The notes under the pieces are model-generated. The model saw only the letters and a list, made by a program, of their open reading frames with translations, had not been told where the DNA came from and did not search any database. 64,000 nt of DNA from sequence record NC_016163.1. One strand, written 5' to 3'. A program made the translations under genes and the position numbers. Of this stretch, positions 37,498 to 47,566 are shown piece by piece. Numbering within the stretch: the stretch's first letter is position 1; each line of letters starts with the position of its first letter.

Positions 37498-40400
37498 ATG
37501 GCTTATTTAAAAGGTTTAGCTACCTCTCTTGCAAAGAGGGTTATTCCTGATGTTGGGAATAAGATATTTGGTGATGAACTTAATACATATAAAGAAATTA
37601 AAGATAAAGTTTTCACCAGTAGAGAGATTTTAAGAGAGACCCAAAGTAATATCAAAACTACTATACAAAGTTTTGAAGGGTTCTCTAAAGTCGGTAGAAA
37701 TCTAGGTCGTCAAGTAAGATCAGGTAAATTTGGCCTGACTCAAGATGAACGTGATGATATCGACATGAAGGCTATGGGCTTTGATTTCGATATGGATTCT
37801 TTAGGGGATTCATTAGACAATGCTCTAGAACAGGATGGTAATGAAAATAGTTCAGGTTCATCCAAAGCTTCCAAAAATATTATTATTCCTATGATGGGTA
37901 AATCTTCTCGTGGTAGGAACGGTGGTTTAGATGCAGGTTCAGCTTTAATTAGCGAAAGACTTGCTTATATTACAGGTATTCAGGCTCAGATTGGCCAAAC
38001 TCAAATTACTCTTTTACAGGGTTTAGGTTCTCAATTAGCTGGTATAGGTAACTTCTTAAGTGAGCAAACGGTTTCTCACTATCAAGGTACTTTAGAATAC
38101 CAGAAATTAATGTCAGATAATCTTTCATTAAGTCGTGAAGTAAATGATTTAATGAAAGAAAAATTAATGGCAGAAAAGAAAGCTGCCGAGAAGAAAATGG
38201 CAACTGGTTCTGGAATAGGTTGGGAAGGTTTTGACCCTACCAGAATAGCTAAAGATATTAATGAAGGCCCACTAGGAATGCTATTTGGTGAGATGTCTCC
38301 ATTGAGAGGTTTCTTCCAACAAGTATCAGTAGATCCATTAGGTACTATTATGGCTTTGGGGTTAGCCCACGGCGCAGGTAGTCTATTTGGCGGCGCTATT
38401 GATAAAGCTAAAGGTGCTTTCAAAACTGCAGGAGTAAGATTACAATCTACTCTTGAAAAATGGTCAGCTACTTATGATGATTCTTTTACAGGAATGTTTA
38501 AATCATGGATAGGTGACACTTTACGAGCTAAACGTGAATCAGCAACTGTTGCGAAATTAGGTGCGTATGATAAAGGTGCCGCTCAATTTGACGGTACCAC
38601 TAGAAAAGCCATTGTAGATGTTATCCCTATGTATTTAGCTAAGATTCTTAAAGCTATTTCAGGTAACTCTACTCATGAAGTATATGATTATAATAAAGGC
38701 GCATTCATTACTTCTAAAGCTGGTGCAGCTGAACACGTTAAAAATGTAAAAGAATTACGTAGGGGTGAATTCTTAGGCGGTATAAGTAATGAGCTTACTG
38801 GTCTAAGGGGAGATCCTTCAGTTTCTAAATCTGATTTCGGTAAAATTAGGGCTTCAATGATTCGTTCAGCGTCTTCATTGAATTCTCATGAAATTAAACT
38901 AGATCAGGTTAAAATGCGTGATGCTAGACTTCAAGAAACTTATGATAAATACATCAAAAGTTTAGACGAGAAATCTAAAGCTAGTCTTTATCACTCCTTC
39001 CAATCTCATAAATATGATGTAGCTGCTAAGTTGAAAGACTATCAGAATTCTATGTATGATGAAAATAAGGGTGTTGAAACTTCAGCCATTCTTGAAGGTG
39101 TTAATCCAAGAATTCTTGGTTATGATGCAGTAGAAAAAGCTAATAAGCGTACTAAACTTGATGAAAATGAGCGTAAAAAACTGAAAGACCGTATCAAAGA
39201 TTCCGTTAAGAAAAAACTTAATGGTATTAAAGATAGACGCCGTGGCGGTGGTAATCCCCCTCCAAGTGGCGGTGCAGGTGATTCAGGTAATAGCGGTGGT
39301 TCTGATGGCGACGATGACGCTGCCGGAGATAGCTGGTTCAAGCGTTGGTTGGGAAAATTCTCTGGTGGAAAAGGTTTCTCATTAACTTCTTTCACTGAAG
39401 GTTTAGTAGGTACTTTAACCATAGGTATGAATAAGCTTTCCAGAGGATTTAACCGCCATATCTTATTCCCAATGAAGAAAGCTTTATTAGGAAAAGATGC
39501 TGATACTAGAACTATTGCTAGAACTCCGTTTATTGCAGCAGTAGGTACTAAATTTGATAAAACTGTTCTGTTCCCATTGAAAAAAGTCTTATTAGGTGGA
39601 AATGAGAAACAGGCCGAGAGTATGAATATTTTTGGCGCTATCCAAAAATCATTCGATAGAAATATTGTATTTCCTTTCAAGAGAACTCTTTTAGGTAAAG
39701 ATACCGATGTAAGAACCATTCTAAAAACTTCATTCATTAAGTCTTTAGGAATTCGTATTGATAAATCTGTATTAACTCCATTTAAGACAATGCTCTTAGG
39801 CGGTAATAAAGTTAAAGCTGAAAAAGTTACTTTCGTTACTGCATTAAAAGATACTTTCAAGAAAAATGTAGTTTTACCTATGAAGTTAGCTTTACTAGGT
39901 AAGGATACCGATCTTAAAACTCTCTTGAAAACACCTTTTACCAAAGCAATAGGGCAGAGATTTGAGCAATCTATCCTGAATCCCCTTAAAGGTCTATTAT
40001 TAGGTAAGCACTCTACTACCAATGGCGGTTCAGTCGATCCTACTAAAACTGGATTCTTTAAAGCATTAGGTTTATCTTTTGATAGAAATATCGGTAGACC
40101 TATCAAGACTATGCTTTTTGGTCAAGGTAACAGAAATAAATCATTCTTTAAAAATATTGGTGAGACCTTATCTCCTTTCTTTAATAAACTACTCTTTGGT
40201 AGCGAGAAGGCTGAGAAAGCTGGCTTTATGGCCAACCTGAAAGATTTTGGTAGCAACGTATTTAAAGGGTTCTCTGATAAATTCATTAAACCTATTAAAG
40301 ATGCTTTCAGTGATTTCTTTGGTAAAACTATGCAGGATTTCATCGGAACTCTGCGTGATTCTGCTAAAGATTTCCTAGGTTCACTCAATATTAATATCGG

Positions 40401-43400
40401 AAAAGGATTTAAAGAAGGTGCTAAAGGTTTCTTTAAAACTGTATTTGGTGACGAAACAGTTAAAATCCTTAGAGATAATATTGTAACTCCTTTAAACGAT
40501 GTCACTAAGAAACTTACTAGTTCTATAGGTATGATTGCTAAACTCTTACTGAGAGTGCCAGCTAACTTTATTAAGGGCATTACTAATACTCTTAAATTAA
40601 ATAGAGTTAAGTCAGGTAAAGGTAATTATTCAGATGAAGAAAAAGCTAGACTTCTTGATATGGAGAAGAAAGGTTCTCTGTTTAATTTCCTAGATGTAGG
40701 TAATGAGGAAAGCAATAAAAAGATATCTTCTCTTAAGAATAAAGTAACAGGCTTCCTTAACAGAGGTAAAAAAGCTACTGATGGTTCGTCATCTGCTAAT
40801 GCCAATGTAGAAACTCTTGATACCAATTCTGCTAATGCTAAAGGTAAAACTGAAAGTATTAGCGATAGAGCTAGAAATCTATTTAATAGAAAAGGTAAAG
40901 CCAGTAGCGTTGATGGTTCCAATAACCCTAATACAGATGCAGATGGAAATATTATTTCAGCATCAAGTACTAATGGTAAAAAAGGAACTAAAACTGGATT
41001 TATCGATGGTTTAAGAAATAGAGTCTCTGGTAAGAATTCTAATAGCGTTGATGAGAATGGTAATCCGGTTGAAGGTGGTAAATCACGCTTCGGTATTATC
41101 GAAAGACTTCCTAGCCGAGACAAAGTTGGTTCTCTGTTCGGTAGAGGGAAAGGTCAAAACTCAGAAGATTCTGTACAGGGTTCGACTAAAACTAAAGCAG
41201 GTACACTCACGGGTATACCTGTTGGAAGTGGTGCAAAACTAGGTGGAATTGTAGGTCATTTGAATGCTCCTAAACTAGCATCCAGAGTAGATACAATCTC
41301 TAAAATGTCTGAATTAACTTCAGCATCTAGTGCAGCTACCGCTAAATCCAATATGGATATCCTTAATTTCTTGAAACACCACTTAAGTAATACTACTCAG
41401 AAATTAACCAAAATAGTTAATGCTGTAGCTAAAGGTAAAACTGTAAGTAAAATTTCAGGAGAAGATAAAGAATCTGTTTCCTTCTTTAGAAACCCATTAA
41501 AATGGGCTATGAGAACTTCCATGAAAGTCCTTGGATTCCCACTATCCATGATGAAAGGAATGTTTTCAGTAGGCTCTAAAATGGTCAAAGGCTTAATGGA
41601 AGTACCTAAGAAAATCATCGGTATCACTGTTGATTTAGGTACTAAATTAGCTAGTATGACATTAAATGTTGCAGCTTCCTTGACCAAAGGAATCTTTAAA
41701 GCTGTAGACTTTGTTGCACAAGGTATTGGTAAAACAATAGAAACTATAGGTAAAGCCGTTAATAGTATTGTAAGAAGTATTACAAGCTTGATTGCTACCT
41801 CTATTGATATTGCTGCCAAAGCCGCCGCAAGCTTAGCTAGAGGCGTTTTAAATGCCACTAAAGCTATAGGTAGAGGTCTATTACCTGCTTTCGAAGGTCT
41901 AACTGCTATGGTCGGAAGACTTGGTAAAGGACTATTCGAATTAGGTACTCTTGTAATAGATGGGTTCGTTAAGTCTATTAAAGGTACTATGAAACTTGCT
42001 GGTCGTATGGCTAGTGGTTTAATGGGTAAAGTGTTTGGTAGAGATAGAAAGTTAAGTGCTAGCTTCTCTTCAATTACTAACTTTAAAGATTTGATCTTAG
42101 CTACTAAAAAACGTCCTATGCATGTTTACATCGAGGATGGTAAAGTAGCTACATATGAATATAAACCACCAACATCTACATTCTTCAAGGATAAGGTAGA
42201 AGATCGTTCTTTACTTAACTCTAAACGGGACAAAGCTAAAGAAAAAGATAATACTAGTATCTTTGGTAAGATTGCTAATGCTCTTGGTTCTCTATTCAGT
42301 GGTGGATTATTAGCTAAAGGCTTAGGTGCTTTAACAGGTATACTCAAAGGTGGTGGCATCTTCGGTAAAATTCTATTAGCCATTACTGTAATGAGTAAAG
42401 GCTTAATGAGTCTTATAGGTACCATAGCTAAAAATGTGGCAACTCTTGTCTTTGGTAGAAAAGCTGGAGACTTGATTGATAATCTTCCAGGAAGGCGTGG
42501 AAGAGGTAAATTAGGTAGAGCTGGTAAAGCTGGAAATATTGCTGACAGATATACTGCAGCTAAAGCTGAAAAACAAGCAATCAAAGATAGAGCCTCTAAA
42601 GCTGCTGATAAGTTAGCTAATGCAAGAAATGCTGTAGCTGAAAAACAAGCATCTGCTAAAACCAGTGGTAATAAAATTGCTGAAAAATTAGCTAATGCCC
42701 GTAAAACTGTTGCTGAAGGTGGTAGTCTCTCAAGAAGTGGTGCAGGAGCCGCAGAAGGTGCTGCAAATGCAGCTAAATCTGGTGGCGGTATGTTCTCTAG
42801 AGCCATTAATGGTGCTAAAGGATTCTTTACTAAAGCTGGTGAAAGACTTGCTACAGGTGGTGGTATCGGTGGAGCTGTTAAAGGCTTTGGCGGTAGACTA
42901 CTTAAAGGTGGCTGGAAAGGTTTTGGTATAAGTGCCATTGGTGGTGGTCTTGCAGATACTTTCTTTGATAAAGGTACTGCTGGTAATGATGTAATGGGTA
43001 CAGGTGCATCATATGCTGGTTGGGGCGCTACAATTGGTTCTGTAATTCCTGGAGTTGGTACTGCGGTAGGTGCAATTATTGGTGGTTTAGTAGGTGCAGT
43101 TAAAGGAGCAATCCCTCACCTGATAGAAACCTTTAAGAAACCTATTATTGGTATGACGGATTACTTTGCTGAAATTCCTGACAGAATTTCTCAGTATGCT
43201 CAAGAACTTCCAAATAAAATATCTGGCTTAGTAGGTAAAATTCCAGAAATGATTAATGGGTGGTTCTTAGGTGATGCCGAAGAAACTCCTAAAATTGATG
43301 AAAAAACTGGTCAGGTAATTCAGAAAAAACCTGGCATCATGGGAAGTCTGTTTAGTTCTATTGGTAGTGCCGTAATGTCTGTAGCTAAAGCATTACCTCG

Positions 43401-45159
43401 TATTGCAGCAACTTTAGTAGAAGGTTTAGTTAAAGGTATTCTTACTACAGTAGTATCATTAATGGGTAACGTTGTTAACTCAGCAATGAACTTTGTAGGT
43501 GGTCTTGGTGTCGATATCAAGATGATGGCAGCTAGAGCTATCGTTGCTATTAAGAATAAAACTTTCCTACTTTCTGATGAAGAAGCTGAGAAACAGTACA
43601 AAGAACTGGATAAACAAGCGGCTGATGAAAAAGCTGCAATAGTAAGTTCTTCTAACACTATGGAATTCGTTAATGGCCTAACGAAAAGCATAGCTAGCTT
43701 TAGTGTTGCAGATAAAATACCTACTGGTATTGAATCTTCTTCAGTAATGCAAGAAAAACTTAATTATGAAAAATCCATGAAGGAATCTAATGGAGATAAA
43801 GCGAAAGCTAAAGATGCATTCATTAAATCTTATACTTCTGGTGGTAAATCTGCTAAAGAAGGTGAAGATGCATGGGCGTATCAGGAGCGTGCTCAAAATA
43901 TCAGAAATGGTACTGATGACGGCGTTAATACTCCAGAATATAAAGGATTCCAAGGAAGTATTTCTGAAGCCATAACTAAAGCTGCGAACGAAGAAGGTGT
44001 TCCAGTAGGCTTGATGATGACTATGGCCAAAATCGAGTCTAATGGTAATCCAAAAGCAATGTCTCCTGGGAATGGTACCTTTAAAGGCCTCTACCAGATG
44101 GGGCCGGATGCTTGGAAGGAAAACTCTCCAAACGTCAATGGTGACATCTTTGACCCTTATCTTAACTCTGTTGCTGCTGCTAGATTTATTAAGAAAAATA
44201 TCAATTACATGAAGTCCAAAGGGGTTCCAATTGATAATACTTCTGTTTATCTGGCTCACCAGCAAGGGCCAGGTGGTATAGTTAAGATTTATAATGCAGC
44301 TAAGAATGGTACTCCTCTTGATCAAACTACTATTCGTAATATGACAAATAACCGTCCACAGGATGGTAATAAGTCAGCTACATCTGACCCTAATGAGTTC
44401 TTACGTCGTTGGGCAGTTGCAGTTAAAAATAAAGGCGGTGGCGATAGCGGTGATTTAACTGATTCTCTACCAGCATTTAATGCTAATAGTGGTATAACTC
44501 AAGGTACTGCAAGTGCTATTTCCGGTATAAACAATGCTACAACTACGGCTACTGGTAGCTCAGGATTTGACCCTTCAGCACTCTTAATGGGTATGAGTAA
44601 AGGTCTAAACCCTAACTTAGTTTCTAGTACAGTAGAAGTTGAAACTGGTAATGGGCGTCCAAATGTAGGTAGTAATCCTAATAGACCAACTGCTCAAGTA
44701 GCAATGAAGTCTTCTATGAATGCTATGCCTACAACTGGTAGCGGTAATGTAACTGCAGGTGCTGCTACAGCTACGGCAAGTCCTTCTGTTACTTCTCAGG
44801 AAGTAGTTAAAGCTCAAGCTGTAAATAATGCTATAGTAACAGCTGATACAGCTAAATATTCTCAGATTAAAGACAATATCAATAATGCTGAAGCGAACTC
44901 CGTTCTAGCTAAATTGCTTGAGAAAACTAACGAAATTCTCACTGGTATTAAATCTGATACTGGCGTTGTCGCTGAAAATACTAAGCACGATGAAGTTACT
45001 GAGAGTATCCGTTATAGCAACCAGTCTTCTAATAAAACAGCTTCTCGTTCAGGTCAGGATGAACGTGTAGGCAGTAACAGAAGATTCTTTGAGAATGGCT
45101 TAGGCGACCTTTACCCAAGTGAAGGAGCTAAAAGAATTGCTCAAGGTGGTGCAAGTTAA
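37498..45159 (+). CDS. tail tape-measure-like protein with a C-terminal lytic transglycosylase domain
   Basis: 2553 aa, amphipathic helical repeats, Gly-rich membrane-like segments; SLT motifs AKIESNG, GLYQM, DPYLN..AA, YLAHQQG. Confidence 0.85.
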   Translation: MAYLKGLATSLAKRVIPDVGNKIFGDELNTYKEIKDKVFTSREILRETQSNIKTTIQSFEGFSKVGRNLGRQVRSGKFGLTQDERDDIDMKAMGFDFDMDSLGDSLDNALEQDGNENSSGSSKASKNIIIPMMGKSSRGRNGGLDAGSALISERLAYITGIQAQIGQTQITLLQGLGSQLAGIGNFLSEQTVSHYQGTLEYQKLMSDNLSLSREVNDLMKEKLMAEKKAAEKKMATGSGIGWEGFDPTRIAKDINEGPLGMLFGEMSPLRGFFQQVSVDPLGTIMALGLAHGAGSLFGGAIDKAKGAFKTAGVRLQSTLEKWSATYDDSFTGMFKSWIGDTLRAKRESATVAKLGAYDKGAAQFDGTTRKAIVDVIPMYLAKILKAISGNSTHEVYDYNKGAFITSKAGAAEHVKNVKELRRGEFLGGISNELTGLRGDPSVSKSDFGKIRASMIRSASSLNSHEIKLDQVKMRDARLQETYDKYIKSLDEKSKASLYHSFQSHKYDVAAKLKDYQNSMYDENKGVETSAILEGVNPRILGYDAVEKANKRTKLDENERKKLKDRIKDSVKKKLNGIKDRRRGGGNPPPSGGAGDSGNSGGSDGDDDAAGDSWFKRWLGKFSGGKGFSLTSFTEGLVGTLTIGMNKLSRGFNRHILFPMKKALLGKDADTRTIARTPFIAAVGTKFDKTVLFPLKKVLLGGNEKQAESMNIFGAIQKSFDRNIVFPFKRTLLGKDTDVRTILKTSFIKSLGIRIDKSVLTPFKTMLLGGNKVKAEKVTFVTALKDTFKKNVVLPMKLALLGKDTDLKTLLKTPFTKAIGQRFEQSILNPLKGLLLGKHSTTNGGSVDPTKTGFFKALGLSFDRNIGRPIKTMLFGQGNRNKSFFKNIGETLSPFFNKLLFGSEKAEKAGFMANLKDFGSNVFKGFSDKFIKPIKDAFSDFFGKTMQDFIGTLRDSAKDFLGSLNINIGKGFKEGAKGFFKTVFGDETVKILRDNIVTPLNDVTKKLTSSIGMIAKLLLRVPANFIKGITNTLKLNRVKSGKGNYSDEEKARLLDMEKKGSLFNFLDVGNEESNKKISSLKNKVTGFLNRGKKATDGSSSANANVETLDTNSANAKGKTESISDRARNLFNRKGKASSVDGSNNPNTDADGNIISASSTNGKKGTKTGFIDGLRNRVSGKNSNSVDENGNPVEGGKSRFGIIERLPSRDKVGSLFGRGKGQNSEDSVQGSTKTKAGTLTGIPVGSGAKLGGIVGHLNAPKLASRVDTISKMSELTSASSAATAKSNMDILNFLKHHLSNTTQKLTKIVNAVAKGKTVSKISGEDKESVSFFRNPLKWAMRTSMKVLGFPLSMMKGMFSVGSKMVKGLMEVPKKIIGITVDLGTKLASMTLNVAASLTKGIFKAVDFVAQGIGKTIETIGKAVNSIVRSITSLIATSIDIAAKAAASLARGVLNATKAIGRGLLPAFEGLTAMVGRLGKGLFELGTLVIDGFVKSIKGTMKLAGRMASGLMGKVFGRDRKLSASFSSITNFKDLILATKKRPMHVYIEDGKVATYEYKPPTSTFFKDKVEDRSLLNSKRDKAKEKDNTSIFGKIANALGSLFSGGLLAKGLGALTGILKGGGIFGKILLAITVMSKGLMSLIGTIAKNVATLVFGRKAGDLIDNLPGRRGRGKLGRAGKAGNIADRYTAAKAEKQAIKDRASKAADKLANARNAVAEKQASAKTSGNKIAEKLANARKTVAEGGSLSRSGAGAAEGAANAAKSGGGMFSRAINGAKGFFTKAGERLATGGGIGGAVKGFGGRLLKGGWKGFGISAIGGGLADTFFDKGTAGNDVMGTGASYAGWGATIGSVIPGVGTAVGAIIGGLVGAVKGAIPHLIETFKKPIIGMTDYFAEIPDRISQYAQELPNKISGLVGKIPEMINGWFLGDAEETPKIDEKTGQVIQKKPGIMGSLFSSIGSAVMSVAKALPRIAATLVEGLVKGILTTVVSLMGNVVNSAMNFVGGLGVDIKMMAARAIVAIKNKTFLLSDEEAEKQYKELDKQAADEKAAIVSSSNTMEFVNGLTKSIASFSVADKIPTGIESSSVMQEKLNYEKSMKESNGDKAKAKDAFIKSYTSGGKSAKEGEDAWAYQERAQNIRNGTDDGVNTPEYKGFQGSISEAITKAANEEGVPVGLMMTMAKIESNGNPKAMSPGNGTFKGLYQMGPDAWKENSPNVNGDIFDPYLNSVAAARFIKKNINYMKSKGVPIDNTSVYLAHQQGPGGIVKIYNAAKNGTPLDQTTIRNMTNNRPQDGNKSATSDPNEFLRRWAVAVKNKGGGDSGDLTDSLPAFNANSGITQGTASAISGINNATTTATGSSGFDPSALLMGMSKGLNPNLVSSTVEVETGNGRPNVGSNPNRPTAQVAMKSSMNAMPTTGSGNVTAGAATATASPSVTSQEVVKAQAVNNAIVTADTAKYSQIKDNINNAEANSVLAKLLEKTNEILTGIKSDTGVVAENTKHDEVTESIRYSNQSSNKTASRSGQDERVGSNRRFFENGLGDLYPSEGAKRIAQGGAS
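39445..40200 (+). repeat. protein-level repeats of about 33-35 aa (F....l.P.K..LLG) in the tail protein
   Basis: About 7 units alternating LLGKD and LLGGN types. Confidence 0.85.
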
Positions 45160-45184
45160 TAGTTATTAACACTTAAATAGTATA

Positions 45185-45220
45185 TCCCCTGTAGGTTATT
45201 TCCTACAGGGGATTCTTTTT
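45185..45220 (+). terminator. intrinsic terminator
   Basis: tcccctgtagg-ttattt-cctacagggga followed by ttcttttt. Confidence 0.85.
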
Positions 45221-45242
45221 TATGATCTTCAAGGAGAAAATC

Positions 45243-45602
45243 ATGGGTGATATTTCAACTCACTTTAATAGAAAAGAATTTGCATGTAAATGTGGATGTG
45301 GTTTTAATGCCGTAGACAAAGAGCTATTAGAAGTAATTGAAGATGTTCGTACTCACTTCGGGAAACCATTGATTATTAATTCAGCTAATCGTTGTGAAAG
45401 CCATAATGCTAAAGAAGGCGGTTCTAAGAACAGCCAACATCTTAAAGGTATGGCAGCGGATATTCGCATTAATGGCGTAACTCCTAATTCAGTAGCGACC
45501 TATTTACTTAATAAATATCCTAATAAATATGGTATCGGTATGTATAATACTTTTACTCATATTGATGTAAGAACTGTTAAGTCTAGATGGGATTATCGTT
45601 AA
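45243..45602 (+). CDS. peptidase M15A (YcbK/DUF882-like), probable endolysin
   Basis: HF.RKEFACKCG, SANRC..HN, SQH..GMAADI, FTHIDVR; AAGGAG SD before 45243. Confidence 0.9.
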   Translation: MGDISTHFNRKEFACKCGCGFNAVDKELLEVIEDVRTHFGKPLIINSANRCESHNAKEGGSKNSQHLKGMAADIRINGVTPNSVATYLLNKYPNKYGIGMYNTFTHIDVRTVKSRWDYR

Positions 45603-45612
45603 GAGGTAGTAA

Positions 45613-46986
45613 ATGGAAATCATCAACACAGCGATGAACGCATTAAATACTGCTACGTCATTTGTATCAGGTGTTTCAAACTCCAATACTGGTAAAAGTT
45701 TTGCGGTTGGTGATAACCCTTACTCAAATCTTTACAATGACTCTGCAGGATTTATTTTTGGTAAGCCTTTAGCATTTAATCCTAAAGCTGACCCAAACCA
45801 AAGAGTATTCCAAAGAACCCTCTTAAGAAATGATACTATTGTAAACTTTGTTCCGGGCGTACCATATACAAACCAAAGTATGGTGGATCAGGCTAATACA
45901 ATACTAACTGCACATAGAGAGAAATTAGATATTCTTCTAAACTCTCCGGTTCCTGATGAGAGAGCCATAGCTAATCTTTGTCAAGATACTCAAGATGCTT
46001 TATTATCTCAGCAGTGTGATTTACGTTATTACACTTTTAAACAAGATGTAGCAGGTTTCTTAAGAGCCTTACAGATAATGGTTAACCGAGTAGGCACCTC
46101 TGTATTCGGCTGGAATCAAGGTGTTTCTGGATTCGTATCTGACTTAGTAGCATCTAATGTATCTGAAGATATGATGCTACGTGGATTTAAAGTATGGGTT
46201 GATAAAGCTACCTCTATCTCTGAATCAGTAGATAACAGTTTTACTCAGTCGGTATTAGAAAGTACTCAAAAGAGTATATCTAGTGCAGTTAAACAAGCTA
46301 GATTCTTAGGTGGTGCTGCTAATATAGCTGGCATGAATGCTGAATCAGTAGTCAAATCTTCTGATGCAAATCTTGAAGCAGTTGGTAATATGAACGAATT
46401 AGCAAGCCGTACATTAGCTGGTTCTTCCTTCCAATTCCCCCAAGTATTTGATGATAGTAAATTCTCCAGAAGCTATGAGCTATACTTCAGATTTATGTCA
46501 CCATATGGTGATGATAGAAGTGTATTCTATCATGTATTATTTCCATTCTTAGCAATGCTAACTGCAGCATTACCTAGACAAGATAATATCTCCGGCTATA
46601 CCTCTCCATTCATTATGCAAGTCGATGCTCCCGGATACTTTAGTTGTCCTATGGGTGTAGTAACAGCACTGTCTTTCATCAAAGGCGGCGATGAGAAGTT
46701 ATTCAATAATAGAGGTTTACCGTTAATTATTGAAGGTACATTATCTATTCAAGATTTGTACTCTAACTTAAGCCTACCTTTAAGTTTTGATCAGTTTGCT
46801 ACAAACTTAGGTACTTCCGCTTTCCTTAGTAATATGGGTGGTATGAGCCTTTATTCAGTTATGGATGTTAGTGCAAGAAACTATGTACAGAACTGGTCTA
46901 AAGATACATTGACTAAATTCATTCAACCATATAACTGGATGAATGAAGAATCCCTTAAAGTTCGTCGTTATTTCGGTCTTTATTAA
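45613..46986 (+). CDS. probable baseplate/tail-tube junction protein
   Basis: Position in the tail module; C-terminal FP.VF..SKF.RSY...F.F.SPYGD...P..MQV pattern reminiscent of gp48/54-type proteins. Confidence 0.45.
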   Translation: MEIINTAMNALNTATSFVSGVSNSNTGKSFAVGDNPYSNLYNDSAGFIFGKPLAFNPKADPNQRVFQRTLLRNDTIVNFVPGVPYTNQSMVDQANTILTAHREKLDILLNSPVPDERAIANLCQDTQDALLSQQCDLRYYTFKQDVAGFLRALQIMVNRVGTSVFGWNQGVSGFVSDLVASNVSEDMMLRGFKVWVDKATSISESVDNSFTQSVLESTQKSISSAVKQARFLGGAANIAGMNAESVVKSSDANLEAVGNMNELASRTLAGSSFQFPQVFDDSKFSRSYELYFRFMSPYGDDRSVFYHVLFPFLAMLTAALPRQDNISGYTSPFIMQVDAPGYFSCPMGVVTALSFIKGGDEKLFNNRGLPLIIEGTLSIQDLYSNLSLPLSFDQFATNLGTSAFLSNMGGMSLYSVMDVSARNYVQNWSKDTLTKFIQPYNWMNEESLKVRRYFGLY

Positions 46987-47028
46987 CATTAAAATAGTGA
47001 ATTTTTTATTAAATAAAGGATCTTTTTA

Positions 47029-47565
47029 ATGTTTGAACCTACTGAGCTAATGACAGATCTTGCAAGCACTCTAATGGAAGAACTCGATCTTACTGATAAA
47101 GATTCTGATATCATTGAATCCGAATATGAAAAATATATGGATTTAGATAGCTATCAGAAGATTGAGTTTACCTATTATGGTACTCCAAAAGCACAAGCTA
47201 GGGCAAGGATTACTAGTAATTTTACTCACTTCTTTGACCCTGATAAATCGTTTAAACAGTTTGTAAATGAGCAGGTTAGATTTGCTATCGGAAATGATTT
47301 TAAACCTATCAGTAAAGAAATTTACTTTACTGCTCGTTTCTACAGACAAACCCCTAAAAAATTACGTAAGAAAGATATAGTTCTTGCAGAATTAGGTATT
47401 ATTCGTCCAACTACTAAACCGGACTTGGACAACTATGAGAAATTGTTTTATGATGCATTAAATGGATTCTTATATACAGATGATGGTGTAATTATTCATG
47501 GTAATCATTCCAAATTCTTTAGTTGCAAGCCTAGAGTAGAAGTTACTATCCTATATAGGAAATAA
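47029..47565 (+). CDS. rusA: RusA-family Holliday junction resolvase
   Basis: GTPKAQARAR; KPDLDNYEK.FYDALNG..YTDD. Confidence 0.9.
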   Translation: MFEPTELMTDLASTLMEELDLTDKDSDIIESEYEKYMDLDSYQKIEFTYYGTPKAQARARITSNFTHFFDPDKSFKQFVNEQVRFAIGNDFKPISKEIYFTARFYRQTPKKLRKKDIVLAELGIIRPTTKPDLDNYEKLFYDALNGFLYTDDGVIIHGNHSKFFSCKPRVEVTILYRK

Positions 47566-47566
47566 C

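Noticed and set aside
38006-44817. Long antisense and alternate-frame ORFs over the tail gene (e.g. 39120-40106, 42126-42938)
   Set aside because: Shadow ORFs produced by the codon bias of the sense gene; no SD or promoter
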